Part shown: one piece after another, positions 25,572 through 33,256 of the stretch
Position numbering within the stretch: position 1 is the stretch's first letter
How the letters are laid out: each line of letters begins with the position of its first letter
From: a virus
Taxonomy: Duplodnaviria > Caudoviricetes
IMG/VR virus record: IMGVR_UViG_3300037461_000364
Coordinates: 1 to 43,909 of that record
DNA length: 43,909 nucleotides
Strand: one strand, 5' to 3'
Notes under the pieces: generated by a model
What the model saw: only the letters and a program-made list of their open reading frames with translations
The model's database searches: none
Told to the model about the DNA's origin: nothing
Position numbers and translations under genes: made by a program

Positions 25572-28085
25572 TTACGAAGCGCGGGCGATTCTGCCGGCGC
25601 CGCTGTAGAGGATGACGCTGGTGTAGGCACCCTTGAGCTGGGTCGGCGTGTGCAGCACGACGAACTGGTCGCCGTAGGCTTCCTTCTTGCCAGTGAACCG
25701 GCCGTTGGAATCGCGCTGGTCCTGCAACTCGCCCATCTGCCACGGCTTCATCATGCGGTAACGGGTATTCCCGCGCTCGCCGATGACCACGCGGGTATCG
25801 CCCAACTGCAGCGAAGGCGCGAAGCTCTTGAAGTTCGGCACCCCGCGCACGTTGCCCAGGTCGCCGGCCGCCGTCACGTTGGCCGCGCCGCGATCGTAGA
25901 GCGCCGAGAACTGGTTGGCGCGCAGGATCTGCTCATGCACCGCACCCGACATCACCCCGAAGTTGGCTCGGTAGTAGCGCGAATCCTCGATCACCGAACG
26001 GCGCAGGCCGTAGCGATACAGGAAGTCGTCCCACTTGACGCCGACCGTGTCGCTGCCCAGGTCCGTGTCGAACTTGTGGGCGTTGGTCGAGTAGCTGTAG
26101 GTGATGGTCAGCGGCCAGGCATTGGTCGGCGTCACCGAGGCGCCCACTTCCGAGACGAAGCGGAACTCGCCCAGGTTGTAGTCCATGATGTAGTACGTGC
26201 CGGCCCCCTGCGTGCCGGTGCCGTCGTACTCGCTACGCACCACGCCGTTCAGCGTGACCACGATCGGATTCTCTGTCGATCCAACCTGATTTCCCTGCAG
26301 GTCATAGACCATGCGCGGCTTGACCACAGGGAAGTTGGCCGTCACAAAAATCTTCTTCGTGCCGTTCACATCCGAGGTCAGCGTGTCGCTGCCGGCTGCC
26401 ACCGCGAACTCGTCGCCAGCATTGACGATCTCGTTCATGATCAGCCGTTCGGTATCCTCGCCGATGATCCTGGCCGCGTTGCGCACGTTTTCCGCCACGC
26501 TGTCGAAGTCGATGCGCCCGCCGCCCGTCAGGTAACGCAGCTCATCCGAAACCTCGAATGCCAGCTTCTGCGGCATCGGGTAAGCGGTATCCAGCGCCTG
26601 CTTGATGCCGGCACGGGCGATCGCCTGGCCTTCATACTTGCGCGTGCTGTCGCGGCCGGCGCCTGCCGTGTCGCGGTAGCTGTACGGGATCTGCGCGGCA
26701 ACCGCGAATTCCAGCGTCCCGACATTGACGAACTGCAGCGACACCAGCGGATACAGCGCCTCGCGGATCACGGTACGCTCGAACACCGCCGGCACCGAAA
26801 CGTCCGACACCAGGCCATCGCCGCCGCCCAGCATCTTGTACTCGCGGCGCAGCACGGCCGCATGGTTCGCGTCGAACTCGGCCAGAACCTTCTCGACGAA
26901 GGCGGAATTCGGCGAATCCTTCGGCGCGGTCAGCCCCAGGCGACGGTCGACCGACTCCTGCAGCACCTTGACCGTGTTCGAATCGTCGACGGTGATGTGC
27001 GCATTACCCCGGAAGTTGAACCCGGAAGCCGCCAGCACCTTGTTCGCCTCGGCCTTCTCGGCCATCTTGACCTGCACTTCGGCCAACGAGCGGATCGCCG
27101 TATCCGACATAGCTGCCGAAACCACCGGCAGCAGCCCGTCGACCAGTTCCTTGCGCGTTTCCTCGGAAAGCGCCTTGCCGACATCGGAGATGGTCTCGCC
27201 CAGCAGCTTCTGGCGGCCGGCCAGATCGTCCGCCAGCTTCCGGCCGGCCTCGTCGCACTCGGCCAGCGCCTTGGCCACCGCCTTGTTCACATCGTCCGCG
27301 CTCAGGCCGGAAACCTGAACATTCACCGGCCCGCCGGCTTCAGCCAGCTTGATCGCCGACGCCTCGAACGAAGCCAGCATTTCGCCGCACTTCTTCTCGT
27401 CGTCGCCCATGCCGTCCATCGCCGCGCCCAGCGCCGTGACCAGCGAATCGGTGACGCCAGCCGACAGCTTCAACTCGCCGCACTTCTTGCGCAGCGCATC
27501 CATGTACTTGCTTTTCATCTCGGAAAGTTCCTTAAGAAGATCATCCAACAACTTCGGATGCAGCACCGTGGCGGCGCCAGCATCCCCTTCGCTCAACAGA
27601 ACCGGGTCCAATCGCTTGATACAGGGCCGCGTCACAAGCCCCGCTCCCAGGAGAACGCATCCGTGGGAATCACCCTTTTCGTTGTCGCGCCAATTCTCGT
27701 GATATTCGGCGGATAGGTACGCGAACCCGCGCACCCGCACCGCGTCGACGCCCATCGGCGTCCACTCCACCTTCGCCCGCAGGCGGTCGCCATCGACCTG
27801 CAGCGCCACCACCTTGCCCGCCGCCCCGTTCGCCGGCTGGTGCGCTACGTCGATGAACACATCCTGCCCATACACACGCTCGCTGAAATTGCGAACCATC
27901 TGGTCCAGCATGTCGCGCGTGATCGAGAAATTCCCGTAACGCGGATCGGTGAACTCCCCCGTCCGCGTCACCGTTACCCATGAAGAGGGCTGCCCTTCGC
28001 CCAGACGCACCGATTCCGACACGAAGCGCACCACGCGCCCGGCGTCGCCTTCGGCCAGCTTGATCACCCGTCCCGAACCGTGCAT
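25572..28085 (-). CDS. Mu I-like prohead protease + scaffold + major capsid fusion protein
   Basis: N-terminal FIDVAH...AAG...VEWTPMG...YLSAEY...LLGAGLVTRP (Mu-type protease), a helical middle, and a capsid-like C-terminal region. No other capsid candidate exists in the genome. Confidence 0.85.
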   Translation of the reverse strand: MHGSGRVIKLAEGDAGRVVRFVSESVRLGEGQPSSWVTVTRTGEFTDPRYGNFSITRDMLDQMVRNFSERVYGQDVFIDVAHQPANGAAGKVVALQVDGDRLRAKVEWTPMGVDAVRVRGFAYLSAEYHENWRDNEKGDSHGCVLLGAGLVTRPCIKRLDPVLLSEGDAGAATVLHPKLLDDLLKELSEMKSKYMDALRKKCGELKLSAGVTDSLVTALGAAMDGMGDDEKKCGEMLASFEASAIKLAEAGGPVNVQVSGLSADDVNKAVAKALAECDEAGRKLADDLAGRQKLLGETISDVGKALSEETRKELVDGLLPVVSAAMSDTAIRSLAEVQVKMAEKAEANKVLAASGFNFRGNAHITVDDSNTVKVLQESVDRRLGLTAPKDSPNSAFVEKVLAEFDANHAAVLRREYKMLGGGDGLVSDVSVPAVFERTVIREALYPLVSLQFVNVGTLEFAVAAQIPYSYRDTAGAGRDSTRKYEGQAIARAGIKQALDTAYPMPQKLAFEVSDELRYLTGGGRIDFDSVAENVRNAARIIGEDTERLIMNEIVNAGDEFAVAAGSDTLTSDVNGTKKIFVTANFPVVKPRMVYDLQGNQVGSTENPIVVTLNGVVRSEYDGTGTQGAGTYYIMDYNLGEFRFVSEVGASVTPTNAWPLTITYSYSTNAHKFDTDLGSDTVGVKWDDFLYRYGLRRSVIEDSRYYRANFGVMSGAVHEQILRANQFSALYDRGAANVTAAGDLGNVRGVPNFKSFAPSLQLGDTRVVIGERGNTRYRMMKPWQMGELQDQRDSNGRFTGKKEAYGDQFVVLHTPTQLKGAYTSVILYSGAGRIARAS

Positions 28086-28170
28086 GCCATCCCCTGAAAA
28101 AGAAGGTGTCGCAGCGAGCAGCGAGGGAGGAGGAGAGAGGGGGGCCTGGGCCACCCGCCGCGACAATCGC

Positions 28171-28219
28171 AGTTTCCGGCCGCCGATAGTGCAAAAAAAG
28201 GGGATGCCGCAGCATCCCT
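28171..28219 (-). promoter_or_regulatory. Putative late promoter / terminator element upstream of the capsid operon
   Basis: AGGG-N12-CCCC-TTTTTTT-GC-N14-GAAACT; also forms the hairpin GGGATGC-TGCG-GCATCCC followed by T7. Confidence 0.7.
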
Positions 28220-28242
28220 ATTGAGTTGTCAAGAGATCCTTG

Positions 28243-28491
28243 TCAGGTCGATCTCTTCAAAGGCCATGGCGTCATCGCCACCACCCCCAGATCATCCACG
28301 CCAAACCCTAGCGCCGCCCGGATACGCTCCGGATGCGTCGTCTCAATCCGCGCACCCTGCGCGATCAACCGCCGCGCCATCGCCCCGTCGATCACCTCGC
28401 CCGAATGCCGGAACAATACCACCCCCGCCCGGCTCGCCTGATTCGGATGCCGGTTCGTCCAGTTCAGCGCCCGCGCCGAACCGTCTGGCAT
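28243..28491 (-). CDS. Hypothetical protein (start uncertain)
   Basis: Fills the gap between the HTH gene and the capsid promoter; MPDGSARALNWTNRHP... Confidence 0.45.
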   Translation of the reverse strand: MPDGSARALNWTNRHPNQASRAGVVLFRHSGEVIDGAMARRLIAQGARIETTHPERIRAALGFGVDDLGVVAMTPWPLKRST

Positions 28492-28505
28492 GACCAGCCG
28501 GGTTT

Positions 28506-28748
28506 TCAAAACGGCGCAATCAGCAATTCTCCGCAGCACGGACACACCCCGAACGGATACTGCTTCACCGCCCGCGTCACCGTCGCCGGCGACAATCCGC
28601 ACTGCCGCGCCGCCCATGTCGGCGTCCGCCGGTCGCAATACACCAGGCGCAACGGCTCGCGCAGCCCAGATTTCAACCCGATGCGCTCCGCCCACTCAGC
28701 GAAGTCTGCGGCCGCTACCTGCTTTCTAACTTCTTTCTCCTCGTTCAT
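28506..28748 (-). CDS. Small HTH DNA-binding protein (TrfB/KorA-like) with C-terminal CPCC
   Basis: LRLVYCDRRTPTWAARQCGLSPATVTRAVK helix-turn-helix pattern. Confidence 0.65.
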   Translation of the reverse strand: MNEEKEVRKQVAAADFAEWAERIGLKSGLREPLRLVYCDRRTPTWAARQCGLSPATVTRAVKQYPFGVCPCCGELLIAPF

Positions 28749-28806
28749 CGCCAGCCCATACGGTTAGCCAATCCGGGCACCCTGCCCGACACATGAATCA
28801 TACTCC

Positions 28807-28859
28807 GCAAAAATATTTTTGCAAATAATATTTGCATTTTTTCGCAAAACATCTATTAT
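28807..28859. promoter_or_regulatory. AT-rich divergent control region with overlapping palindromic operators
   Basis: GCAAAAATATTTTTGC (28807-28822) and TGCAAATA-A-TATTTGCA (28820-28836); TTGCAT...TATTAT promoter-like pair on the plus strand. Confidence 0.65.
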
Positions 28860-28917
28860 TACCTCATGGCCCATCGGCCACCGCGCTCTCCGGCGACACC
28901 TGGAGATAGGAGTCATC

Positions 28918-29145
28918 ATGCAAAAGCAATCCCTGCCGCCGGCCAAAGCCGACCACTTGCCAGCCGCTTCCGGCGGCTCGGCGCATGTCCCGCTCAAATC
29001 GTATTCCGTCAAAATCACGTTGGCCAATGGCCAGCGCATCGCCTACCGGGCGCTCGCCGGCAGCAGCGTTGCCGCGCTTCAGGCAGCCCTCGACGCCCAT
29101 GGCATCACCCGCATCGTCATCCATTCAACAGGGAGAATGAAATGA
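28918..29145 (+). CDS. Small hypothetical protein
   Basis: ATG at 28918 with AGGAG SD; 75 aa. Confidence 0.6.
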   Translation: MQKQSLPPAKADHLPAASGGSAHVPLKSYSVKITLANGQRIAYRALAGSSVAALQAALDAHGITRIVIHSTGRMK

Positions 29146-29300
29146 GCAAGCGTCACCAGTGGAAATTCACCTGGAGCGGTCGCATCGGTGTTGTGATTCT
29201 TCCGCATGGGCTGCGCCAGCCGTGCGGCCAGTGGATCATCGAACTGGTCTCAGACCTCGAAAACGGCAGGCCGCGCCATGACGTGACGTGGCTGCAATGA
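29142..29300 (+). CDS. Small hypothetical protein
   Basis: ATGA overlap with the previous gene, GGGAG SD; 52 aa MSKRHQWKFTW... Confidence 0.55.
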   Translation: MSKRHQWKFTWSGRIGVVILPHGLRQPCGQWIIELVSDLENGRPRHDVTWLQ

Positions 29301-29305
29301 ATTCC

Positions 29306-29334
29306 CCCGAGGCGCGCACAGCGCGCGCCTCGGG
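29306..29334. terminator. 12-bp GC-rich hairpin between convergent genes
   Basis: CCCGAGGCGCGC-ACAGC-GCGCGCCTCGGG; no clear U-tract. Confidence 0.5.
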
Positions 29335-29361
29335 TGATACTTCTCGCCGGCCCCATTCCGA

Positions 29362-29808
29362 TCACGAGTCCAGCCGCCCCTTCGGCTTCCGCCACTTCCA
29401 GCCGGAATCACACAGCCCGAGCGTCCGCACCATCGCCGAGACGCCGCGCTGCAGCTCGCGCACCTTGGCGTCCATCGCCCGCACCTGATCGCCGAACGCG
29501 CCGGCGCCCTCGATCCGCGGGAACACGTTGCGCTCGAAGATCGCCCGCAGCCGGCGCTCGGTAGCTTCGACCTCGTGGCGCACGCCCAACGTCAGCATGC
29601 GGATCTCCTCGCGGTGCAGCGCCACCGTCTGCCGCGCCGTGTTCGCCTCGATCAGATCCTCGAACGCCTCCAGCCGGCCGACCACGCCGCGCAGCACCTC
29701 CAGGCAGACCCCGAAGTCCTCGACGAACGGCCCGAGCCTGGCCCCATCGAACGGCAGCCCGGCGCCGCCGGGCTCGAGAACGCTGGCCGGCAGCCTAATG
29801 TTGGGCAT
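29362..29808 (-). CDS. Hypothetical protein
   Basis: 148 aa, coiled-coil-like, in the antirepressor operon. Confidence 0.6.
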   Translation of the reverse strand: MPNIRLPASVLEPGGAGLPFDGARLGPFVEDFGVCLEVLRGVVGRLEAFEDLIEANTARQTVALHREEIRMLTLGVRHEVEATERRLRAIFERNVFPRIEGAGAFGDQVRAMDAKVRELQRGVSAMVRTLGLCDSGWKWRKPKGRLDS

Positions 29809-29956
29809 GGCGGCACCCCCTCACGCAGATCGAGAACGCCTCGCCGTCGGCGATGCACTCCAGGCAACTCGCCAGCACATCGCACGAGCACCGCGCCAGC
29901 GCCGCGAAGCGGATCACCCGGCCCGCTTGCCGGATCGTCACATTGAAGGCGCGCAT
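29795..29956 (-). CDS. Small hypothetical protein (53 aa, below the ORF-track cutoff)
   Basis: MRAFNVTIRQAGRVIRFAALARCSCDVLASCLECIADGEAFSICVRGCRHAQH; fills the gap exactly between two genes. Confidence 0.6.
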   Translation of the reverse strand: MRAFNVTIRQAGRVIRFAALARCSCDVLASCLECIADGEAFSICVRGCRHAQH

Positions 29957-29957
29957 G

Positions 29958-30512
29958 TCACACCATCACCAGTTCGCGCTGCGCGACCGTGCGCCCAATC
30001 TCTCCCATCGCCGGCGTCGGCATCGCCAGCAGCCGCGACACATACGCCACCTGGCCATGCAGCGCCTGGCGCATGCCGCTCGCCGTTTCCGCCTTCAGTT
30101 CCTTCAACAGCGTCAGGCGCAGCCGGTGCATGGCGATCGTCTGCGGGATCGTCATCGGCTTCGCCTCGCGCGGCACCGCCCGGCCCTCCAGCACATCGAG
30201 CACCCAGGCGCGGAACGCCTTCGCCTTCTCGGTGCGCGCCAACATCCCCAGCAGGTAGCACCCGCGCGGTGAGAAGATGCGCACCGGCTGAATGCCGCCG
30301 GCGGTTTGCAGGTCGAGAACCTGCGTCATCTCCTCGGTGAACTCGTCGGCGTTGCGGGAGTAGAGTTCAGAGATGTAACGATCCGGGTTTGAACTGCCCA
30401 AGGCACTCGCAACTTGCGAGCCCCTTAACCACGGCACATTGTGGATATCGACGACATCGAGCTCGGTATTTTCGAACACCAGAACGGCATTCGTTGCGTT
30501 TGCTGCAGCCAT
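29958..30512 (-). CDS. Bro-N domain antirepressor-like protein
   Basis: LVFENTELDVVDIHNVPWLRGSQVASALG...YSRNADEFT..MT...VRIFSPRGCYLLGMLARTEKAKAFRAWVLDVLE. Confidence 0.85.
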   Translation of the reverse strand: MAAANATNAVLVFENTELDVVDIHNVPWLRGSQVASALGSSNPDRYISELYSRNADEFTEEMTQVLDLQTAGGIQPVRIFSPRGCYLLGMLARTEKAKAFRAWVLDVLEGRAVPREAKPMTIPQTIAMHRLRLTLLKELKAETASGMRQALHGQVAYVSRLLAMPTPAMGEIGRTVAQRELVMV

Positions 30513-30555
30513 GATTGGCCTCCTAGAGATTCAGGAATACCCACCGCAAGCGGGG

Positions 30556-30617
30556 TGGGGAAGCGCTCCTACGGCTCTAGACCGTCCGGGTCCTTGCGGA
30601 TTCCCGACGCTTCCCCA
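30556..30617 (-). ncRNA. C4-like antisense RNA in the antirepressor leader
   Basis: Outer stem TGGGGAAGCG/CGCTTCCCCA encloses a GCAA-tetraloop stem and ACGG-TCTAGAG-CCGT. CTAGAG and GTAGGA are complementary to target boxes upstream and next to the SD. Confidence 0.7.
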
Positions 30618-30683
30618 TTGAGAGAAAGCGGAAAAAACAAAACCGCCTGACTGGACGGGGACAGCTAGAGAGTAGGAACCCTC

Positions 30684-30712
30684 ACAATATTTGCAAATTC
30701 AGCCAAAGTCAA
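30684..30712 (-). promoter_or_regulatory. Sigma70-type promoter of the antirepressor operon
   Basis: TTGACT-N17-TATTGT. Confidence 0.75.
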
Positions 30713-31293
30713 GCGCCGGTTTCGTCCGGAAGCAGCGCCAGCACCGCCCGCGCCGTCACCTTGCCCGCCTTCTTCTTCAGCCCGAAAATCTCCCGCAGCG
30801 CCATGATCTCCGCTTCGTCCTCGCTGGTGATCGTCAGCCGGAACTCCTCGGCCTCGTCCTTCTCGTCTGATTCCCCCGGAACCTCCCGTAGCAGGTCGGC
30901 CAGTTCATCCTCTGAAAACCCGATCAGCCCCATGTCGAAACCCTCGTCGCGCAGTTCGACCAGTTCCAGGCGCAGCAGCGTCGTATCCCATCCGGCGTTT
31001 TCCGCCAGCTTGTTGTCCGCCAGCACATAGGCGCGCTTCTGCGCCTCCGTGATGTTATCCAGCCGGATGCACGGCACCTCGGCCAGCCCGACCAGCGCCG
31101 CCGCCTCCAGCCGGCAATGCCCGGCGATGATCTGGTTGTCGCGGTCGACCAGCAAGGGATTGGTAAAACCGAACTCCCGCACGCTCGCCGCTACCTGCTC
31201 GACCTGCTCCTCGCTGTGCGTCCGCGCGTTGAAGGAGTAGCGCCGCAGCAGCGGCAGCGGGATCATCTCGATGAAGGGAGCGATGTCGTTCAT
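30709..31293 (-). CDS. ParB/Srx N-terminal domain protein
   Basis: NARTHSEEQVEQVAASVREFGFTNPLLVD...IIAGHCRLEAA...AYVLADNKLAENAGWD; ATG at 31293. Confidence 0.85.
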   Translation of the reverse strand: MNDIAPFIEMIPLPLLRRYSFNARTHSEEQVEQVAASVREFGFTNPLLVDRDNQIIAGHCRLEAAALVGLAEVPCIRLDNITEAQKRAYVLADNKLAENAGWDTTLLRLELVELRDEGFDMGLIGFSEDELADLLREVPGESDEKDEAEEFRLTITSEDEAEIMALREIFGLKKKAGKVTARAVLALLPDETGA

Positions 31294-31649
31294 TTGGCCT
31301 TGCCTCCAGCCCCGAGCGCGTCGCGGATCGTCTTGCGCAGCACGCCGGCCGCCACCCGGTGAATCGACCCGTCCGGATAGATCAACCCGAGCGCCTTCGC
31401 CCTGCGCAGAGCCACCAGGCCCGGCCCCAGGGGAAGCCCGGAAAGCTCCACAGCCTCGCGCTCGTTGAACTCCACAGCCAGCCACAGCCGGTCAAGGTTC
31501 GCCAGGTCGTGCTGTACGCCACTTTCCTCCCGCCGCACCATAGGCCACACCGCCAGAATCCTCTGCAACGCTAAATCCTGCACCACCAGCGCCGCCACCT
31601 CGTTGTTTTCGTGCGCCCGCAAGGCATCACAAGCCGCTTTCAGATCCAT
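31290..31649 (-). CDS. Hypothetical protein coupled to the serine recombinase
   Basis: TAATG overlap with the recombinase stop; 119 aa MDLKAACDAL...GLIYPDGSIH. Confidence 0.7.
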   Translation of the reverse strand: MDLKAACDALRAHENNEVAALVVQDLALQRILAVWPMVRREESGVQHDLANLDRLWLAVEFNEREAVELSGLPLGPGLVALRRAKALGLIYPDGSIHRVAAGVLRKTIRDALGAGGKAK

Positions 31650-33256
31650 TATCCACCCCTGCTGATATTGACAGCCCGCCCGCGCCGAAGCCTTCCAGGC
31701 AAGGCAACAGACAGCATGTCGGTTCGCAATGTAGCCCTGTCCGGGAGCCACCGGACATCCCATTGTGAACACCCACTCCGGGTATTCACAATGCGCTCCG
31801 GCAGGTACTCCAGCATCACGCTGCCGTCGTCCAGCACCGCGCGCTGCAGCACGTGGCGCAGAAACTCCCGCACCTTCGCCGGATTCTCCGCCGTCACCAG
31901 GATGTCGCGGAATATCCGCGCCGCCATCGCCACATCCCCAGCGTCGACTTGAGTCTGCGGGCCGGGGTCCGCGTCGATTCGCTCGATCTCCACCCGCAGC
32001 CGATCCTGTTGCGCCCGCAGCTCGCGCAACCGGGGGGCGATGTCGGCCAGGTTGAGGCCGGCGCCAGCCTCGATCGTCTCGTACAGCTTGCGCAGGCGCC
32101 GCTCGACGCCGGCCAGCTCGTCGGCAAGCGTGTCGATTCGCGCCTGCTTGTCGCGCGCCCACTTCCCGCACTGCGCCTTGATGTCCATGACGATGCGCGC
32201 GACGTTCTCGGCCGTGAAGATTCGCGTCGCCACCGCGTCGAGAAGGAAGGCATCGAGCGCGGCAACCGGAACCCGACGACTGGCGCAGCCCATCCCCTTC
32301 AGGAATGACCGGCAGTTGTAGTAGTGATACCGCGTCCCGGCCCGCCCGGTCGCTGTTTCCGTGTACATCGGCTGCCCGCACTTGCCACAGACCAGAATCC
32401 CGGAAAACGCCGCGTCGCTGCGGGGGCGGCCGCCCACCCTGGACGGCGCCCGCGCGCTGATCTTCTCCTGCGCCATGTTGAAAACCTCCTCCGTCAGGAT
32501 CGCCTCGTGCGCGCCAGGCGTCACGATCTCCCGGCCTTTGTCCTTGAACACGATCTGTCCGATCAGCGCCCGCGAACGCAGCACCGACCCCACGGTCGCC
32601 TTGTTCCACCGCCGCCCGCGCATGCCGATTCCGGATTCATTGAGGCGCAGCGCAATCTCCTTCTGCCCGGCCCCGTCCAGACACCAACGGAACACCGTCT
32701 TGACCACCATCGTCTCGCTGGCCACGGGGGCGAGCTTCTTGCGCTTGCCCATCGGCACCGCCTGGTATCCGAACGGCACATGCCCACCATTCCAGAACCC
32801 ATCGGCGGCATTTTTCGCCATCGACCGCCGGGTATCCTTGGCAATCGACCGCGAATACTGCTCGTCCATGATCGCAACGATGCTTTCGATCATCCAAGCC
32901 TCGTCCGATTCACCGAAATCCTGCGAAACGAACACCAGACGGGCGCCGATTTTGTCCAGAAGCCGCTTGTTGAGCGCCGCATCGATGTGATTGCGCGCAA
33001 AACGGCTCGAAGACCAGCACACGAAGTAGTCAATCCGCCGATCTTCGCAGTAATCGAGCGCCGCCTGGAAGCCCGGCCGGTTGCTCGTTCTCCCGGAAAT
33101 CCCGTCATCCCGGAAGACCTCGATCACACGGGCGCCCAGGGCCGCCGCTTTCGCGCGGCACTGCTCGATCTGGCTTTCCACCGGCAACCCGTCCTCGGCC
33201 TGCCGCGCCGTGCTCACCCGAGCATAGATAACCGCCGTTTTTTCCCGCTCTCTCAT
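31649..33256 (-). CDS. Large serine recombinase (resolvase + recombinase + Zn ribbon + coiled coil)
   Basis: YARVST catalytic Ser, DDGISGRTSNRPGF, SRFARN, GGHVPFGY, SGILVCGKCG...YYNC. Confidence 0.95.
   Translation of the reverse strand: MREREKTAVIYARVSTARQAEDGLPVESQIEQCRAKAAALGARVIEVFRDDGISGRTSNRPGFQAALDYCEDRRIDYFVCWSSSRFARNHIDAALNKRLLDKIGARLVFVSQDFGESDEAWMIESIVAIMDEQYSRSIAKDTRRSMAKNAADGFWNGGHVPFGYQAVPMGKRKKLAPVASETMVVKTVFRWCLDGAGQKEIALRLNESGIGMRGRRWNKATVGSVLRSRALIGQIVFKDKGREIVTPGAHEAILTEEVFNMAQEKISARAPSRVGGRPRSDAAFSGILVCGKCGQPMYTETATGRAGTRYHYYNCRSFLKGMGCASRRVPVAALDAFLLDAVATRIFTAENVARIVMDIKAQCGKWARDKQARIDTLADELAGVERRLRKLYETIEAGAGLNLADIAPRLRELRAQQDRLRVEIERIDADPGPQTQVDAGDVAMAARIFRDILVTAENPAKVREFLRHVLQRAVLDDGSVMLEYLPERIVNTRSGCSQWDVRWLPDRATLRTDMLSVALPGRLRRGRAVNISRGG
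31761..31793. repeat. 14-bp inverted repeat inside the 3' end of the serine recombinase gene
   Basis: CATTGTGAACACCC-ACTCC-GGGTATTCACAATG (13/14 paired). Confidence 0.8.

Noticed and set aside
24375-27716. Long plus-strand ORFs (1113 aa here; also 12268..14250, 17221..19062, 36746..38635)
   Set aside because: Antisense shadows of high-GC minus-strand genes, Arg/His/Gln-rich with no motifs.
19254-28085. Transposable Mu-like phage
   Set aside because: A Mu-like protease and Mor/C-like activator are present, but there is no MuA DDE transposase, MuB or host-DNA ends.
28749-29361. Invertible segment explaining the plus-strand genes
   Set aside because: No flanking inverted repeats were found by eye.
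31721-31750. tRNA gene
   Set aside because: Only a loose GGTTCG...GGAGCCA resemblance; no cloverleaf, and it lies inside the recombinase CDS.
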